Below, in pieces: positions 30,331 through 40,888 of a stretch of DNA of 64,000 bases; the first letter of the stretch is position 1, and the number at the start of each line of letters is the position of its first letter. Below the pieces are notes generated by a model. The model was not told the DNA's origin. It was given only the letters and a program-made list of their open reading frames with translations, and ran no database searches. This DNA comes from Bdellovibrionales bacterium (lineage in GTDB: Bacteria; Bdellovibrionota; Bdellovibrionia; Bdellovibrionales; UBA1609): assembly GCA_027317865.1 (NCBI GenBank), contig DAHVQG010000009.1, forward strand, positions 1 through 64,000. The letters are read 5' to 3'. Made by a program: the position numbers and the translations under genes.

Positions 30331-31671
30331 TTACTCGCCCATGACAATTTTGCGGAGGGCTTGGTGGCACTGGCGGTCAAATTCATCACCGCTTTTACCA
30401 ATCTGTGACAGGGCTTCAGCGGCTGTCATGCCCGAAGAGTAGGGGCTTTTGATAGCCAACTCGCAAAATCGGTCAACGATAGCGATAAGATTTGCCATCG
30501 GGTGAATACTCATTTTGCGCAATTTTCTCGGGAATCCCGTACCTAAAATATTCTCGTGGTGTTGATATGCGACCTCGACCACTTCCGTGGGGACGGATCT
30601 GATGGCCTCAAGGATTTCTTTGCCACGGGTGGGGTGGGTCTCGTAAATGGTTCGTTCTTCTAATGTCATCTGAAATCGCGGTTTTTCGAGTATTGCACGT
30701 GGAATTTCTTTCTTGCCGATATCGTGATAGAGCCCCGCTATACTCACTTTGAACGCTGTTTGTGGCGAAAGCCAACCCAATGCTCGAGCCAAGAGGACTC
30801 CGTACATGCTGACGCCAAGCGAGTGGGCGTAGACAAAGTCCGCGTGTGAATTGAGGACATCAAGCATTAGAATGGCCTCCTGATCATCTGAAATCACACT
30901 GAGACTTAGTTCGACGAATTCTTTGCAATCGTTAAGCACATCTTTGTCGAACCCGGCGACGAAAGCATTTTGTGCAATTACTTCACCCGTGTATTTAAGA
31001 AAGCGACGCCTTAAGGCCGGGTCTACTTTGCCGCTTAAATTAATTGCCTTCGTTAATCGCAGGTTAAACCCGACAAGTTTATGGTAATCTTCCTTTAAAA
31101 TGTAGAGGTACTTAACGCCACGGTTTTTATAGGAATGGATTTGGTTTAGCGAGACATCTTCACCCGAGTGTGCAACCTTGATAAATTTCGTGTCAGACAC
31201 TCGAACATAAACGCCAAAAGGAATTTTACTTCCAGCCACAAAGTCATCAATCAATATTTTACAATACTCAGGTTTCGGCAATTGAGCTGCCGCAGGCGGA
31301 ACAGGCTCCGGTTCTTTATATACCTTTCGCAATTCCCTAAGCAGTGAAGCCTCGTCGAATGGCTTTACCAAAAAGCCGATCGCGCCCATTTCGTGGGCCG
31401 ATTGCACGTCTAACAAATTTGAAAATCCGGTGATTAAAATCATCGGCACCGGTTCATTTTTTCGCGACCACTCGAGTAACTCAAGACCCGACAGATAGGG
31501 CATCTGAATGTCGGCAATCACAAGGTTGAATTTACGAAGCTTTAAGATATCGCGCCCTTCTTGCCCATTATCCGCCTCGTGAACTGTGCATTTAAATTTT
31601 TCTAGAGTCTTTTTAAGGCTCTTACGAAAAAGAGGTTCATTATCAACAATAAGTACTTCGAATAGCTCCAA
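30331..31671 (-). CDS. REC + HD-GYP phosphodiesterase (paralog of 16665-18026)
   Basis: REC domain; HSLGVS, HDIGK, HPTRG, HHE...GFP. Confidence 0.9.
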   Translation of the reverse strand: MELFEVLIVDNEPLFRKSLKKTLEKFKCTVHEADNGQEGRDILKLRKFNLVIADIQMPYLSGLELLEWSRKNEPVPMILITGFSNLLDVQSAHEMGAIGFLVKPFDEASLLRELRKVYKEPEPVPPAAAQLPKPEYCKILIDDFVAGSKIPFGVYVRVSDTKFIKVAHSGEDVSLNQIHSYKNRGVKYLYILKEDYHKLVGFNLRLTKAINLSGKVDPALRRRFLKYTGEVIAQNAFVAGFDKDVLNDCKEFVELSLSVISDDQEAILMLDVLNSHADFVYAHSLGVSMYGVLLARALGWLSPQTAFKVSIAGLYHDIGKKEIPRAILEKPRFQMTLEERTIYETHPTRGKEILEAIRSVPTEVVEVAYQHHENILGTGFPRKLRKMSIHPMANLIAIVDRFCELAIKSPYSSGMTAAEALSQIGKSGDEFDRQCHQALRKIVMGE

Positions 31672-31796
31672 TGTATATCCTTCGATTAACGACTAGGGGG
31701 AGAAGATGAGGATTGTATCGGGAGCAGCGTCGTGATTCACTATTAAAGTAATTTAGTTACTGAACAAGTTTATTAGGTAAATAAAATAGGTCAACA

Positions 31797-33344
31797 ATGT
31801 TTTCTAAAATGACGCGTGAGTTTCTTATTTCGATACTTGAGGCGATACCGCAAGGGATCATGATAATGTCGCCTACAAAAGAAGTTTTGTATGTGAATAA
31901 AATGGTCACGGAATTAGCGGGCATTGGCCAGTTGCCGGATGGCAATTATTCGCGCCTTGGGCCAGAAACCTGGACTCAAGAATACGGACTATTTCACGAA
32001 AACGGAGCGGACCAATACGACCCAAGTGAACTACCGGTAATTGCGGCTCTTCGCGGCAAATATGTTAACGATGAGATCGTTATATTGCGCCGTAAGGGGA
32101 TTCCAGACAAAGTTCTTTCAATAAGTGCGCGGCCGGCCAGAGATGTTTCTGGCAATATTATTGGATCTGTCGCTGCTTTTATAGATAAAACCGAATACAT
32201 TAATGTGAGGAATCAGTTGGAGCATGCTCGTCGTAGCGAATCCATCGGCCGCCTAGTTGGCGGCATTGCTCACGATTTTAATAATATGCTGAATACGGTT
32301 TTGCTTGCAGCCAATAACGCGATTGAACAACTTGATATCGACAATCCAGCTTATGATGATTTAAAGCTTATACTCGACGTTAGTGAGCGTTCAGCTGCGT
32401 TGACGAAACAACTTTTGGCCTTTGGTCGCCGACAGGTCATACAACCAAAAATTGTCGACCTGTCGGAGCTCATTAAAAAAAATCTTGAGATGTTGAAACG
32501 TTTGGTCGGTGAAAATGTAACTATTAAGTTGATTCAAGGGCCAACAACGGTATCGGCGTCGGTCGACCCCACAATGCTTGAACAAATAATGCTAAATCTC
32601 TGTGTTAATGCGCGGGATGCTATGCCAAAAGGCGGTACGATTACAATTGAAACGGACATTGTTGAACTGGATGAGAAATATGTAAGTCAGCATTCGCAGG
32701 TTAAAACCGGTCGTTACGCCGCCTTGGTTGTAACGGACGATGGCCAAGGGATTTCTAAAGAATATCTTGATAAGATTTTCGATCCATTTTTTACGACTAA
32801 AAAAGACGGCACCGGGCTTGGGCTTGCGACAGTTCAGGGTATTGTCGAGCAAAGTAACGCGCACATTTGGGTTTATAGCGAAGTAGGAAGTGGGACGACA
32901 TTTAAAATATATTTCCCATACGTGCCGGTGACAATATCTGAGAAACAGGCGAATTCATTAAAGGCAGACAGTCGCGGCGGTGATGAAACAATTTTAGTTG
33001 TTGAAGATGATCCTTATCTTCGGCTGATTGTTGAAAAAATATTGAGATCGCGCGGATATAATGTGCTCATTGCAGATGGCGGGCCAAGGGCACTGCAACT
33101 TGCCGAAAGCGCAAAAGGGCCCATAGACCTTCTTGTAACAGATGTAATTATGCCAGGTATGAACGGGAAGGAGTTAGCGGAAACACTTGCCAGGAAATTC
33201 GCGAATTTAAAGATTATTTTTACTTCCGGCTATTCCGAAAACATTATTGTCAACCACGGGATATTGGATGCCGGCGTAAATTATTTGCAGAAACCAGTTT
33301 CAGAAAATATCCTCTTGCAAAAAATAAGAATGGTGTTGACCTAA
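31797..33344 (+). CDS. PAS hybrid histidine kinase with C-terminal REC
   Basis: PAS; AHDFNN; NARDAMP; FFTTK; C-terminal REC. Confidence 0.92.
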   Translation: MFSKMTREFLISILEAIPQGIMIMSPTKEVLYVNKMVTELAGIGQLPDGNYSRLGPETWTQEYGLFHENGADQYDPSELPVIAALRGKYVNDEIVILRRKGIPDKVLSISARPARDVSGNIIGSVAAFIDKTEYINVRNQLEHARRSESIGRLVGGIAHDFNNMLNTVLLAANNAIEQLDIDNPAYDDLKLILDVSERSAALTKQLLAFGRRQVIQPKIVDLSELIKKNLEMLKRLVGENVTIKLIQGPTTVSASVDPTMLEQIMLNLCVNARDAMPKGGTITIETDIVELDEKYVSQHSQVKTGRYAALVVTDDGQGISKEYLDKIFDPFFTTKKDGTGLGLATVQGIVEQSNAHIWVYSEVGSGTTFKIYFPYVPVTISEKQANSLKADSRGGDETILVVEDDPYLRLIVEKILRSRGYNVLIADGGPRALQLAESAKGPIDLLVTDVIMPGMNGKELAETLARKFANLKIIFTSGYSENIIVNHGILDAGVNYLQKPVSENILLQKIRMVLT

Positions 33345-33419
33345 TGCGTTTAAAATTCGCATTTTTAAATTGCGGCAAGCCCATTCGCGCAAATTCACCT
33401 GATTTATTAAAATAGAACA

Positions 33420-34277
33420 CTACTTATTGCGATTCGGGTTTGCCTGCCAAACACGTACCCAAGAAACGGTCATGCCGGTTCGACTATGAGTTCGATTTCC
33501 ATAGCCGTTTGGTGGAATAGCCCCCGCCCAATCATGATTTTCAACTTCGCATGACAAGTATAAAAATTCATGTGTTTTTGAAACGGGGTTGGTGCGAGCA
33601 GGGCGATTTACGACTTTGCGGCCGTCTACGTAAAACTGATACCCGGCGGCTATCCAAAGCAGGCCATAGGTGTGAAAGTGCCCCTGACAACTTTTGCCAT
33701 CGGGGGGTGGCACCAACTGAGAGCGAATGTCCTTTTCATATTTACCGTAACCGTTCCAGTGGAGCGCACCCATTCGCGTTGATTTTTGAATTGAAATACC
33801 ACGTGCGTTGACAAAGCGGTGCTCGGCAATATCGATTTCCATTCCGGCCGTTGCCGGATCACCAACGGGGTGACCATTTGTCGGCGATTGTAGCCAAAAT
33901 GCGCACCATTCACCAGGTGAGTCGTGAAATTTGATGCGCGCTTCATAAAAGCCGAACTTCGGCTCAAACAGCTTACGTGTACTGATAAAACCAGTATAGT
34001 TTACGGCATTTTTGCTATAGGTTATGATTCGAAGCCCATTTGAAACCGATACCGCTGTCGCCACGTCATGAGCATCGCCGCGTACGCGAATAAGCGGCCG
34101 CCATTTTTTAGAATTGAGTTTGTGGCCGCGAAAAGTATCTTGCCAAATAAGCCGATAATTTTGGGGGAGTGTAATCGACGGGCGTACGGGTTCGTTCTTA
34201 TTCGGAAACATCGAGCAGGCGGAACAAAAAAGAGCGAGAAACAAATAAGTATAACTTGAGGAGAATCGCATCCGCAA
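33420..34277 (-). CDS. Glycoside hydrolase family 16 lipoprotein
   Basis: EIDIAE catalytic motif, W.AFW, FHTYGLLW, WVRVWQ; lipobox CSAC. Confidence 0.85.
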   Translation of the reverse strand: MRMRFSSSYTYLFLALFCSACSMFPNKNEPVRPSITLPQNYRLIWQDTFRGHKLNSKKWRPLIRVRGDAHDVATAVSVSNGLRIITYSKNAVNYTGFISTRKLFEPKFGFYEARIKFHDSPGEWCAFWLQSPTNGHPVGDPATAGMEIDIAEHRFVNARGISIQKSTRMGALHWNGYGKYEKDIRSQLVPPPDGKSCQGHFHTYGLLWIAAGYQFYVDGRKVVNRPARTNPVSKTHEFLYLSCEVENHDWAGAIPPNGYGNRTHSRTGMTVSWVRVWQANPNRNK

Positions 34278-34420
34278 ATAATTGTGCGCTTCAAGTTAGA
34301 GAGAAGCAACCGCGAAGGGCCGGCCTAAAGTCTGCGTTCGATTGACGTGGCCGTCACTTCGTTTGCTATCATAAAATGAGACCACGTGAACTATAATAAG
34401 CCCGCAACGGGAGGCCCTGG

Positions 34421-34990
34421 ATGAAAAAGTTAGTGTTTGTGTGTTTTTCGGCTCTTCTATTTTCAGCCGTGGCGAATGCGGGCATCCTCATTGAACCATT
34501 TGTCGGGTATTCAACAGGTAGTGGTAAAGCCAGCGGGAATGCAAGTGGGATTTCTTATTCGACTACTGACACAGAAAATGGCGCGATTTTCGGCGCGCGG
34601 GCAGGTTATTCGTTCGCATTGTTGTCGTTTGGCGCTGAATATGAGGGCGGTAGTTTGGCGGCCAATAGCAAGGTGAATATCAGTGGTGTACAAACCACAG
34701 TCACCGGTACCTCAACAATGACTAACCTTGGCGCATTTGCCGAGATTAATCTTCCGATCATCGACGGTTATGTTGGGTACTTTCCGTCGGCGCAAGCCAC
34801 CAGTAGTGGCACGACGAATTCGGGCTCCGCATTTCAAATTGGAATCGGATACAAAATGCTCCCGCTCATTAACGTCAATCTTGAATATTTAAATAGTTCG
34901 TACAATAAAACGAACGACTCCTCGACGACTGGTTATAGTGCTTCAGGTTCGCTATATATTCTTAGTGTGAGTTTGCCGATTAACATCTAA
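34421..34990 (+). CDS. Outer-membrane beta-barrel protein (small)
   Basis: Signal peptide, IEPFVGY, GARAGY, amphipathic strands, ends SVSLPINI; GGAGG RBS. Confidence 0.8.
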   Translation: MKKLVFVCFSALLFSAVANAGILIEPFVGYSTGSGKASGNASGISYSTTDTENGAIFGARAGYSFALLSFGAEYEGGSLAANSKVNISGVQTTVTGTSTMTNLGAFAEINLPIIDGYVGYFPSAQATSSGTTNSGSAFQIGIGYKMLPLINVNLEYLNSSYNKTNDSSTTGYSASGSLYILSVSLPINI

Positions 34991-35121
34991 AGCGCGGCAC
35001 TGTTCTTCAGATTATTGGCAATTAATTCATGTCTGCAAGACTGACTATTGACCGGCGATGAGCGGGCACGCTAAGCCGTTATGTGAATTTGGGGGGTAAT
35101 GTGTCATATATAAATATAAAT

Positions 35122-36036
35122 ATGAATCGAAAAAAACTGTGCAAAATAGTGAATTTTGTATTGGTCATCTTTGGGTTTTTAACTTCATTTATTTCGACGA
35201 CGGTTTTTGCTCTTAGTTTCGGAAAACCAATCAGCAAGAATAATCCGGAGTTATTGTCGACGGTAATGGTAGCGACTGAAATTGCGCCGCCGCGGGGTGA
35301 GCTGTGCACGGGAGTTCTAATCAGCGAAACCACCGTTGTGACGGCGTCGCATTGTTTTGTAAATTACAATAATCCGGCAAGCGATCCTAATAAAACATCG
35401 GCGACGGTTTCTCTGCTGAATCAAAAAGGCCAAATTCTTGAAAGTATCCCTTCAGTGGGAGTGATTGTTTATCCGCACGCCAACGGTGAGCAGTTGCAAT
35501 TGGAATCAAAAATGCAAATCGCAACGATGGCTCAAAACAACGCGGCGACCTATTCGGATTTTCAGAAAATTTCTCTCGTCGGTTTTGAATTGGGTCTTCA
35601 TGATGTCGCGATTGTTCGCCTCGCCCACTCATTTAAGGTTCCGCATCAGGCAGTGAAAATTTACGATGGGCCGCTAAAAGTTGGAGACACTTTACATTTT
35701 GCTGGGTACGGGGAATTGATATATAACGAGGCGCCAAAAAAGGATACACCCGCCCAGATCGCGGATTTTAGAATTTTAAGAATAGCAAAAAATGGTTTGG
35801 TTTTGAAAGCACGCGGGAAGACAAAGCCAATGCCCGGCGATTCAGGCGGCCCGATGTACATATACAAAAACAATCAGCCTATGGTCGCGGCCATTAATGT
35901 TGATGCGAAATTAATTTTATCCAAAGTTCAATGGCAGAATCTTTATTCATTGGATTCAAACTTATTAGACGGATATTCGATATCAATGTTGTTGGGCAAA
36001 TTTGCGTCGTTTTTGCAGCCTTTTACCCGCAATTAG
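35122..36036 (+). CDS. Trypsin-like (S1) serine protease
   Basis: CTGVLI, TASHC, HDVAIV, GDSGGP; signal peptide. Confidence 0.9.
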   Translation: MNRKKLCKIVNFVLVIFGFLTSFISTTVFALSFGKPISKNNPELLSTVMVATEIAPPRGELCTGVLISETTVVTASHCFVNYNNPASDPNKTSATVSLLNQKGQILESIPSVGVIVYPHANGEQLQLESKMQIATMAQNNAATYSDFQKISLVGFELGLHDVAIVRLAHSFKVPHQAVKIYDGPLKVGDTLHFAGYGELIYNEAPKKDTPAQIADFRILRIAKNGLVLKARGKTKPMPGDSGGPMYIYKNNQPMVAAINVDAKLILSKVQWQNLYSLDSNLLDGYSISMLLGKFASFLQPFTRN

Positions 36037-37173
36037 CATTTTTTTAATTAATTGTTCAACCCACGTAGGGCCATAAGCGGTAATAAAACCCCAATGGCCG
36101 CCGTCACGCGTACCGAGCGTTTCGATATTCGGATTGTGTAAACTGTTGTTTTGTATTGTCTTGAACGCTCCGAATGCAACGATCGGATCGTCCTGAGCTT
36201 GAACAATGAGCACTGGGATGTGAATGTGATTGATTCCTTGCAGACCTACGGTGGAACTCGTCTGTACATATTGGGCGACCGATTTGAGCGAAATTTTCGG
36301 ATTCCACGGGAATTTTTTAATTGATTCACCCTTAAGAAATGATATTCGCTTTTTAAAACCATTGTAAAAAAATCCGCCGACATTTTGCCATGGTGACGGG
36401 AAGGAATATTTACTTTTCGTTCCGTAAAATGTTGAGCCTAAATGTATTGTTTCTAGAGCAGCCTCCAAAATAATTTTACCACCTTCAGAGAGCCGTGTGC
36501 GGTCCGGCAATCCAAGAAGTGGATGCCCAAAAGCAGTCAGAACGGCTTGAGTCGAAGCCTCCTCATTTAAAGCACCGCTAAATATAGCGGCAGACGAAAA
36601 AAAATTATATTTGAGTCGTGCAGCTTCAATCAACGCCTGCAAAACGGCGTTGCCGCCCAAGCTCACGCCCATCAAATGTAGCGACGAATACTTTATTCCG
36701 TACTGAGGCAAAATGCTGGCAAGCTCGACGAGTGACCGTCCTTCGTCGTAACCGCCGATGTCGATATTATGATTTAATTTATAAAAACTTTCGCTGACCC
36801 CGCCGTCAACGATCAAAACACTGGCGTGAAGTTTATCCGGTTTTACAATAAAGCGGATAAAGCTCGGGGCCGGATTTGACAACGAGTCGGCTAGTACCCC
36901 GAAATTGGCTATGATAAGCGGATCGGTTTGCGGATGGTTACTTTCAAAAAGAAGTCCACCCAATTTTGTTCCGTCTGGGAGAGCAAATATTCGTCGTTCA
37001 CCCAAAAAGCGGGCATGCGAAAATCCCAATACAAAGCCCAGAAAGGTCTGCCCGATGCCGCCGACGATATTTATGAAAAAAGAAGGGCCAGGGTGCGGTG
37101 GACTCTTAATCTCAATTCCAGCGCCTTTTGTAGATGCAATGCAGATCACTAAAATTAAAATGACGAATTTCAT
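35983..37173 (-). CDS. Secreted alpha/beta hydrolase (YheT-like)
   Basis: GVSLGG nucleophile elbow, DDPIV, GGHWGF; signal peptide. Confidence 0.82.
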   Translation of the reverse strand: MKFVILILVICIASTKGAGIEIKSPPHPGPSFFINIVGGIGQTFLGFVLGFSHARFLGERRIFALPDGTKLGGLLFESNHPQTDPLIIANFGVLADSLSNPAPSFIRFIVKPDKLHASVLIVDGGVSESFYKLNHNIDIGGYDEGRSLVELASILPQYGIKYSSLHLMGVSLGGNAVLQALIEAARLKYNFFSSAAIFSGALNEEASTQAVLTAFGHPLLGLPDRTRLSEGGKIILEAALETIHLGSTFYGTKSKYSFPSPWQNVGGFFYNGFKKRISFLKGESIKKFPWNPKISLKSVAQYVQTSSTVGLQGINHIHIPVLIVQAQDDPIVAFGAFKTIQNNSLHNPNIETLGTRDGGHWGFITAYGPTWVEQLIKKMLIAGKRLQKRRKFAQQH

Positions 37174-37471
37174 TTCACTAGCGGCGTCTACGGCCAGGGT
37201 TTCGAGCGGATTGAAAAGCCGCGTGTATCAGCAAACTTCTTTGGCGGTCAAGGTGAGTTCTTAAAATATGTTGAACAGGGGTTCTGGCATTAAATTCCAT
37301 TAGAATTTGCTTGTGAGTGCTATTCGCGCTCGCCGGATGCGAAGTTTAAGAAAAATTAAGTATTTGCCTTTTAAACGCTTCTTTTCGTTACGTTATAACC
37401 ATTTTCTAACTTGAACAGTTCAGTGCAATAAGGGTAGTTGGTAGCCCTCACCTTCAACCAAGGGGTTCGAT

Positions 37472-38143
37472 ATGCGACGCATTTTGCCTTTCATTTTCTT
37501 TTTTAGTTTTTTGTTCTTGGCTCTTCAGGTGCAGGCCGCCAGTTTTGTTTATGAGGGGCAAATCAGTGGTAAGACCCAAGATCCGTGGACTTTGAGCCCC
37601 GGTAATCTGCTTCAAAATACCTACGCTGTGGTTGTTACAATTGAATCTCCCCTGGTGACACCCTTAAATATCAAATCAAAATACGAAGTCGACCCCTGCT
37701 ACAACCATTTTTGCAATGGTAACAATAACGATTATTCGGCTTTGCCGCCAATGTGGGTCACAAACGAAACGGCTCATTTGGGTACGCTCAATGCGCAAGT
37801 GTGGCAGCTAAAGCCAAATGGTAAACGGGTTCTTGTTGCGGAGAAAAGTACCAAAATTTCGGTTTACGGCTTTCAACCCGGCAAAGACGTCATTCAATTT
37901 GGCCGTGTGAATTTTTATGTTAATTCTGAAGTCGACGTTCATTTGCCGACGGTGGGTGAGCTTCAAGTGTTTGGCTACTTCGGCCATGAAACGACTCCGC
38001 TTATGGTATCGGGAACCAATGTTAACCCGGTCATTTCAATGAGCGAAATGCCTGAAGCGATGAAACCGACCTGGCAAATCATTTCACAAAGCAGAAATCA
38101 GCACTTCTATGCCGGCACGCTGGTTCTTCATAGAGTGCAGTAA
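37472..38143 (+). CDS. Secreted hypothetical protein
   Basis: Signal peptide ending VQA; AGGGG RBS; beta-rich. Confidence 0.75.
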   Translation: MRRILPFIFFFSFLFLALQVQAASFVYEGQISGKTQDPWTLSPGNLLQNTYAVVVTIESPLVTPLNIKSKYEVDPCYNHFCNGNNNDYSALPPMWVTNETAHLGTLNAQVWQLKPNGKRVLVAEKSTKISVYGFQPGKDVIQFGRVNFYVNSEVDVHLPTVGELQVFGYFGHETTPLMVSGTNVNPVISMSEMPEAMKPTWQIISQSRNQHFYAGTLVLHRVQ

Positions 38144-38175
38144 AAGCGGTAAGCGTCAATTGTACAGGGCGCCCT

Positions 38176-39018
38176 TCAATTGTATAGGGTGCCATTGCAG
38201 TAAATTAATCCGAACGAGCCTTGCGTGCAAATTACAACTGTGAGCTGGGCTTGCGCGCTGACCGTTCCTGCTGGATTGCTCACGGCCACGGAATATGTTC
38301 CTTCTTGAGATGACGAGGTCATTGCAAACGAGTAGGTGGCTGCATTTGCGCCGGAAATTGCACTTCCGTTATGGTACCACTGGTAGGACAAATTACTACC
38401 AGAGACTTGTACTGAAAATGTAACTTTGTTTGACGATGTTTGGCCAACCATATACGTCGAGGCAAAGTTATTGACCGTCACATTTGCCGGGCCAACTGTT
38501 ATGACCGGCGGCGGAACTGTCGGCGCCGGCTGGTTAACAATAATCGAAAACGATTCGTTAATCGAACCCGCTGAATTGCTAATCGTGACCGAGTAATTGC
38601 CGGCATCTGCTCCCACAACATTTGCAATACTCAACTGGTCGCCAGTGGAACTGAATGCATAGCCGTTCGCACCCGAAGTGAGCGCTTGACCGTTGTCGTA
38701 CCATTGATAGGTGAGCCCGCTGCCATTTGCGGTTGCTTGAACAACTAAGCTTTGCCCGGCGGTAACGGTGTAATTGGCTGAAACCGGTTGTGCGACAGTC
38801 GGTGGTGGGATCTGGTTTTGTGGCGTATTCGATGGGGTACCGGTTGAGGCCGAACTTGTGGAGCCAGAACCGCTCGAACTCTGCTGCTGACTATACTGCG
38901 GTAAATTTGGATTCTTTGCGCAGTTTTGAAATAGCAGGCCAACCGAAATAAACGCTATTAAAAAAACCAAAACTCGTATCATTTTGGTACATTTCACGGC
39001 ATTCCCCCTTTTACCCAT
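38176..39018 (-). CDS. Lipoprotein with two immunoglobulin-like domains
   Basis: FQNC motif; two (L)TYQWY.NG...G.YSV..SN.AG repeats; probable start GTG 38997. Confidence 0.85.
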   Translation of the reverse strand: MGKRGNAVKCTKMIRVLVFLIAFISVGLLFQNCAKNPNLPQYSQQQSSSGSGSTSSASTGTPSNTPQNQIPPPTVAQPVSANYTVTAGQSLVVQATANGSGLTYQWYDNGQALTSGANGYAFSSTGDQLSIANVVGADAGNYSVTISNSAGSINESFSIIVNQPAPTVPPPVITVGPANVTVNNFASTYMVGQTSSNKVTFSVQVSGSNLSYQWYHNGSAISGANAATYSFAMTSSSQEGTYSVAVSNPAGTVSAQAQLTVVICTQGSFGLIYCNGTLYN

Positions 39019-39029
39019 TAATATTTTTA

Positions 39030-39045
39030 TGCATGGTTCGGGCCA
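39030..39045 (-). promoter_or_regulatory. Sigma54-like promoter
   Basis: TGGCCCGAACCATGCA (GG-N10-GC). Confidence 0.5.
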
Positions 39046-39148
39046 GGCCAGCCCTATTTTAACGCGATCTTGGTGTCGAAAGCCTTAACAATTGACCAGT
39101 AATTGATAACTTTGAGCCTACGTTTAAGGCTCGCGTTTAAGCTATGTT

Positions 39149-39781
39149 TCAACTCGCCGGTATTTTTGAATATCCCGCGAGGTAAATGCGGATCTGTTGC
39201 AATACCGTTTGCATATCTTCGAGTGTGGGCGTGTCATAATGCGTAAAATTTAAATATTTTTTCTGGGGCCCGTACACAAAACGGTTTGTAAAATATATTT
39301 TATTTATAACAGTATTGGGGTTTTTCTTCACGAGAGCCAGCCAACCTGCGTAACTCACAAGCTTCTTCGAAAGAAACGGGTCGATAATATACGGGCGCAC
39401 CGCACCGGACACTTTCACCACTATCAGAGGGGCAACGTGAAATAACCAGAACGATTCGCCCCAGTGAGAGGTGTTATAAATTTGCCCTTTGACAAAAACT
39501 TTGCCGGCAATGACGCCGATTTGTTCTAGAAAAATATCGGCCATTTCAGCTTTTGCATAACATCCGTCGGGATAGTCCCACGGAATCTCGGGGTCGGTTG
39601 CAACTTCGTGATAAAGAGCCTGGGCCGTCTGAAGTGAAACTGCGGTCAATTTTGGAGGATATTTTAAGCTGGCGAGCGGCTTGCCCACCGCTACAGAGGG
39701 AGCAAAAGTTAAAATACCGGCGCTAACGAGTCCAAAGATAGAAATGAAACCGAGTGCTAAAACTAGATTTACACTTTTCAA
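39149..39781 (-). CDS. Protein-glutamine glutaminase (protein deamidase) domain protein
   Basis: DGCYAKA (Cys), W.FHVAP (His), IIDP (Asp); N-terminal hydrophobic segment; TTG 39781 after GGGGG. Confidence 0.8.
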   Translation of the reverse strand: MKSVNLVLALGFISIFGLVSAGILTFAPSVAVGKPLASLKYPPKLTAVSLQTAQALYHEVATDPEIPWDYPDGCYAKAEMADIFLEQIGVIAGKVFVKGQIYNTSHWGESFWLFHVAPLIVVKVSGAVRPYIIDPFLSKKLVSYAGWLALVKKNPNTVINKIYFTNRFVYGPQKKYLNFTHYDTPTLEDMQTVLQQIRIYLAGYSKIPAS

Positions 39782-39975
39782 CCCGGCCCCCCTTGAGACA
39801 TTTTTTATCCCAAGTATTTGTATCGATAATATGGCAGGCCTCGACATGACAAGCTGCAAGCTGAAATGGTGTAGTTATTTCAGTTATTGAGCGACTCCAC
39901 AACTTGCGATTGTTGAACGTTAGGGTCAATGTTAAATCGTTTTTGCGTTAGGGTTCTATCGTTATGGGGGGATAA

Positions 39976-40869
39976 TTGAAATATCTAATTTTTACCTTTG
40001 TACTCGTGTCCGCCTCTTTATCGAGAGCTGTAGTAGGCGGAAAAGCCGTCAATGACATCGCAATTATCAAAGCACTCGGCCTAAGTTACAGCTCTTATCG
40101 AAATGATTTAGACACCCCAGCAATACCGATTGGCCCGCGTGTGGCGATCACGTGCGGGCACTGTGTATCGGGTGGCAACCCCATGGGCACTGCTGGTGAT
40201 GTTGGCGCGCAAATTGTGTACCCGCCGCAAATGAAAAAAGATACCGACGAAACGGCTGAAGCGTACAGTAAACTGCCGGCCGGAACGTATGGTCTGCCGT
40301 TTTTTGAGAAGGCGAATTTTTCTTACGATCTGGCTCTAGTCATTCTAAATAAGGGCGAACATTACCGAAGGCCCTATATGTCCATCGGTAGAAAACAAGT
40401 AAGCCTTCACGAGAAACTCATTTTTCTTGGCAAGGGATTGAACGCTTCGATAACGAATCAATTTTGTGGCGGTTACATTAGCAATTCGCATTGGTTTGCC
40501 GTTGCTCCGTTTAAAGTTCTTGATTTCTACAGTCAGAAGGTGGGTTTTATTTTAACGGGTAAACCCGCTGCCACTTGCCCTTATGATTCGGGCGGATATT
40601 ATTTTCGCGCCGAACCGGATGGTACAATTAAACTCGTTGGGATTAATAGCTGGGGTACACAAAACGGAACGCAACTCGTATCACGGTTCGGAGCTGTGAG
40701 GAATCTTCAAGGTTTTTTAAGCGGCGCTGACGATTTAACTTCGCCGCTAATTCGCGAATGGATGAGTAAGGTAATTGCCGGCAAAGGTGCTCACGTGTGC
40801 GGATTAAACAAAGTTTGTGGGCCGATACCTTCGCCATTTTCAAATACTATTACGGATGCGAAATTATAA
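39976..40869 (+). CDS. Divergent trypsin-like (S1) serine protease
   Basis: Signal peptide followed by VVGG; TCGHC; YDLAL; CPYDSGG; GINSWG. Confidence 0.8.
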   Translation: MKYLIFTFVLVSASLSRAVVGGKAVNDIAIIKALGLSYSSYRNDLDTPAIPIGPRVAITCGHCVSGGNPMGTAGDVGAQIVYPPQMKKDTDETAEAYSKLPAGTYGLPFFEKANFSYDLALVILNKGEHYRRPYMSIGRKQVSLHEKLIFLGKGLNASITNQFCGGYISNSHWFAVAPFKVLDFYSQKVGFILTGKPAATCPYDSGGYYFRAEPDGTIKLVGINSWGTQNGTQLVSRFGAVRNLQGFLSGADDLTSPLIREWMSKVIAGKGAHVCGLNKVCGPIPSPFSNTITDAKL

Positions 40870-40888
40870 AACATATTGGGTGGGGCAA

